DNA from: Dendrobates tinctorius
Taxonomy: Eukaryota
Reading direction: 5' to 3'
NCBI RefSeq assembly: GCF_039654945.1
Contig: NW_027361917.1
Location: 4,650,001-4,714,000, forward strand
DNA length: 64,000 nucleotides
Within the stretch, counting starts at the first letter, position 1, and each line of letters begins with the position of its first letter. This document shows, in pieces, positions 63,669-64,000 of the stretch. The notes under the pieces are model-generated. The model was not told where the DNA came from. It searched no databases and saw nothing but the letters and a program-made list of their open reading frames with translations. Made by a program: the position numbers and the translations under genes.

Positions 63669-64000
63669 GGCCCTGTTACATTTAGCGATGCACCAGCAAT
63701 CCCGACAATGATATGACCCGGTCAGGATCGCTGGTGCATCGCTAAATGGTCGCTAGTGAGCTGCCAAACAGGCCGATCTCACCAGCAACGCAGCAGCCCG
63801 TCGGCGGTCGTTCTTACCTGTCAGATGGCACCGATGATGACAACTTCCACCTGCGTCCATGCGTCGCTAGTCGGCGCCAGCGGGACGCCAACGAGGGAAA
63901 AATGGCCCAGGACATTCTCGCGCGATCAGCGATATCCAGTGGGGGGGCGGTCGGAGGTAAGTGTCACACAACGCGAGATTGCTAGCAATATTGCTGTTGC
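63669..64000. mobile_element. Probable Harbinger-type MITE running off the window
   Basis: ggccctgttacatttagcgat start with internal palindromes (tttagcgatgcaccagc / gctggtgcatcgctaaa). Confidence 0.55.

Overview
Vertebrate genomic DNA, by repeat content most like an anuran amphibian (inference). The whole window lies inside RIN2 (Ras and Rab interactor 2) on the minus strand. Six phase-compatible GT-AG coding exons can be traced: 60187-60287, 31896-32082, 25435-25546, 18841-18913, 7912-8003 and 2493-3590. They encode the N-terminal segment, the SH2 domain, the proline-rich region and the start of the RIN-homology region; the first coding exon and the VPS9/RA exons were not found and presumably lie outside the window. 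The introns are dense with transposons: Tc1 and DD41D mariner fossils, PIF/Harbinger, Kolobok/T2, piggyBac-like, hAT and pogo-like MITEs, a Helitron, a solo LTR, CR1/L2/SINE fragments, minisatellites and a telomere-like array with assembly gaps. The most notable non-coding signal is a set of hammerhead-ribozyme motifs. A well-formed type I hammerhead at 58769-58850 and a minimal one at 846-891 both lie on the RIN2 sense strand. Two hairpin elements with 14-bp target-site duplications carry an atypical hammerhead-like core. Most long ORFs in the track are minisatellite artefacts.
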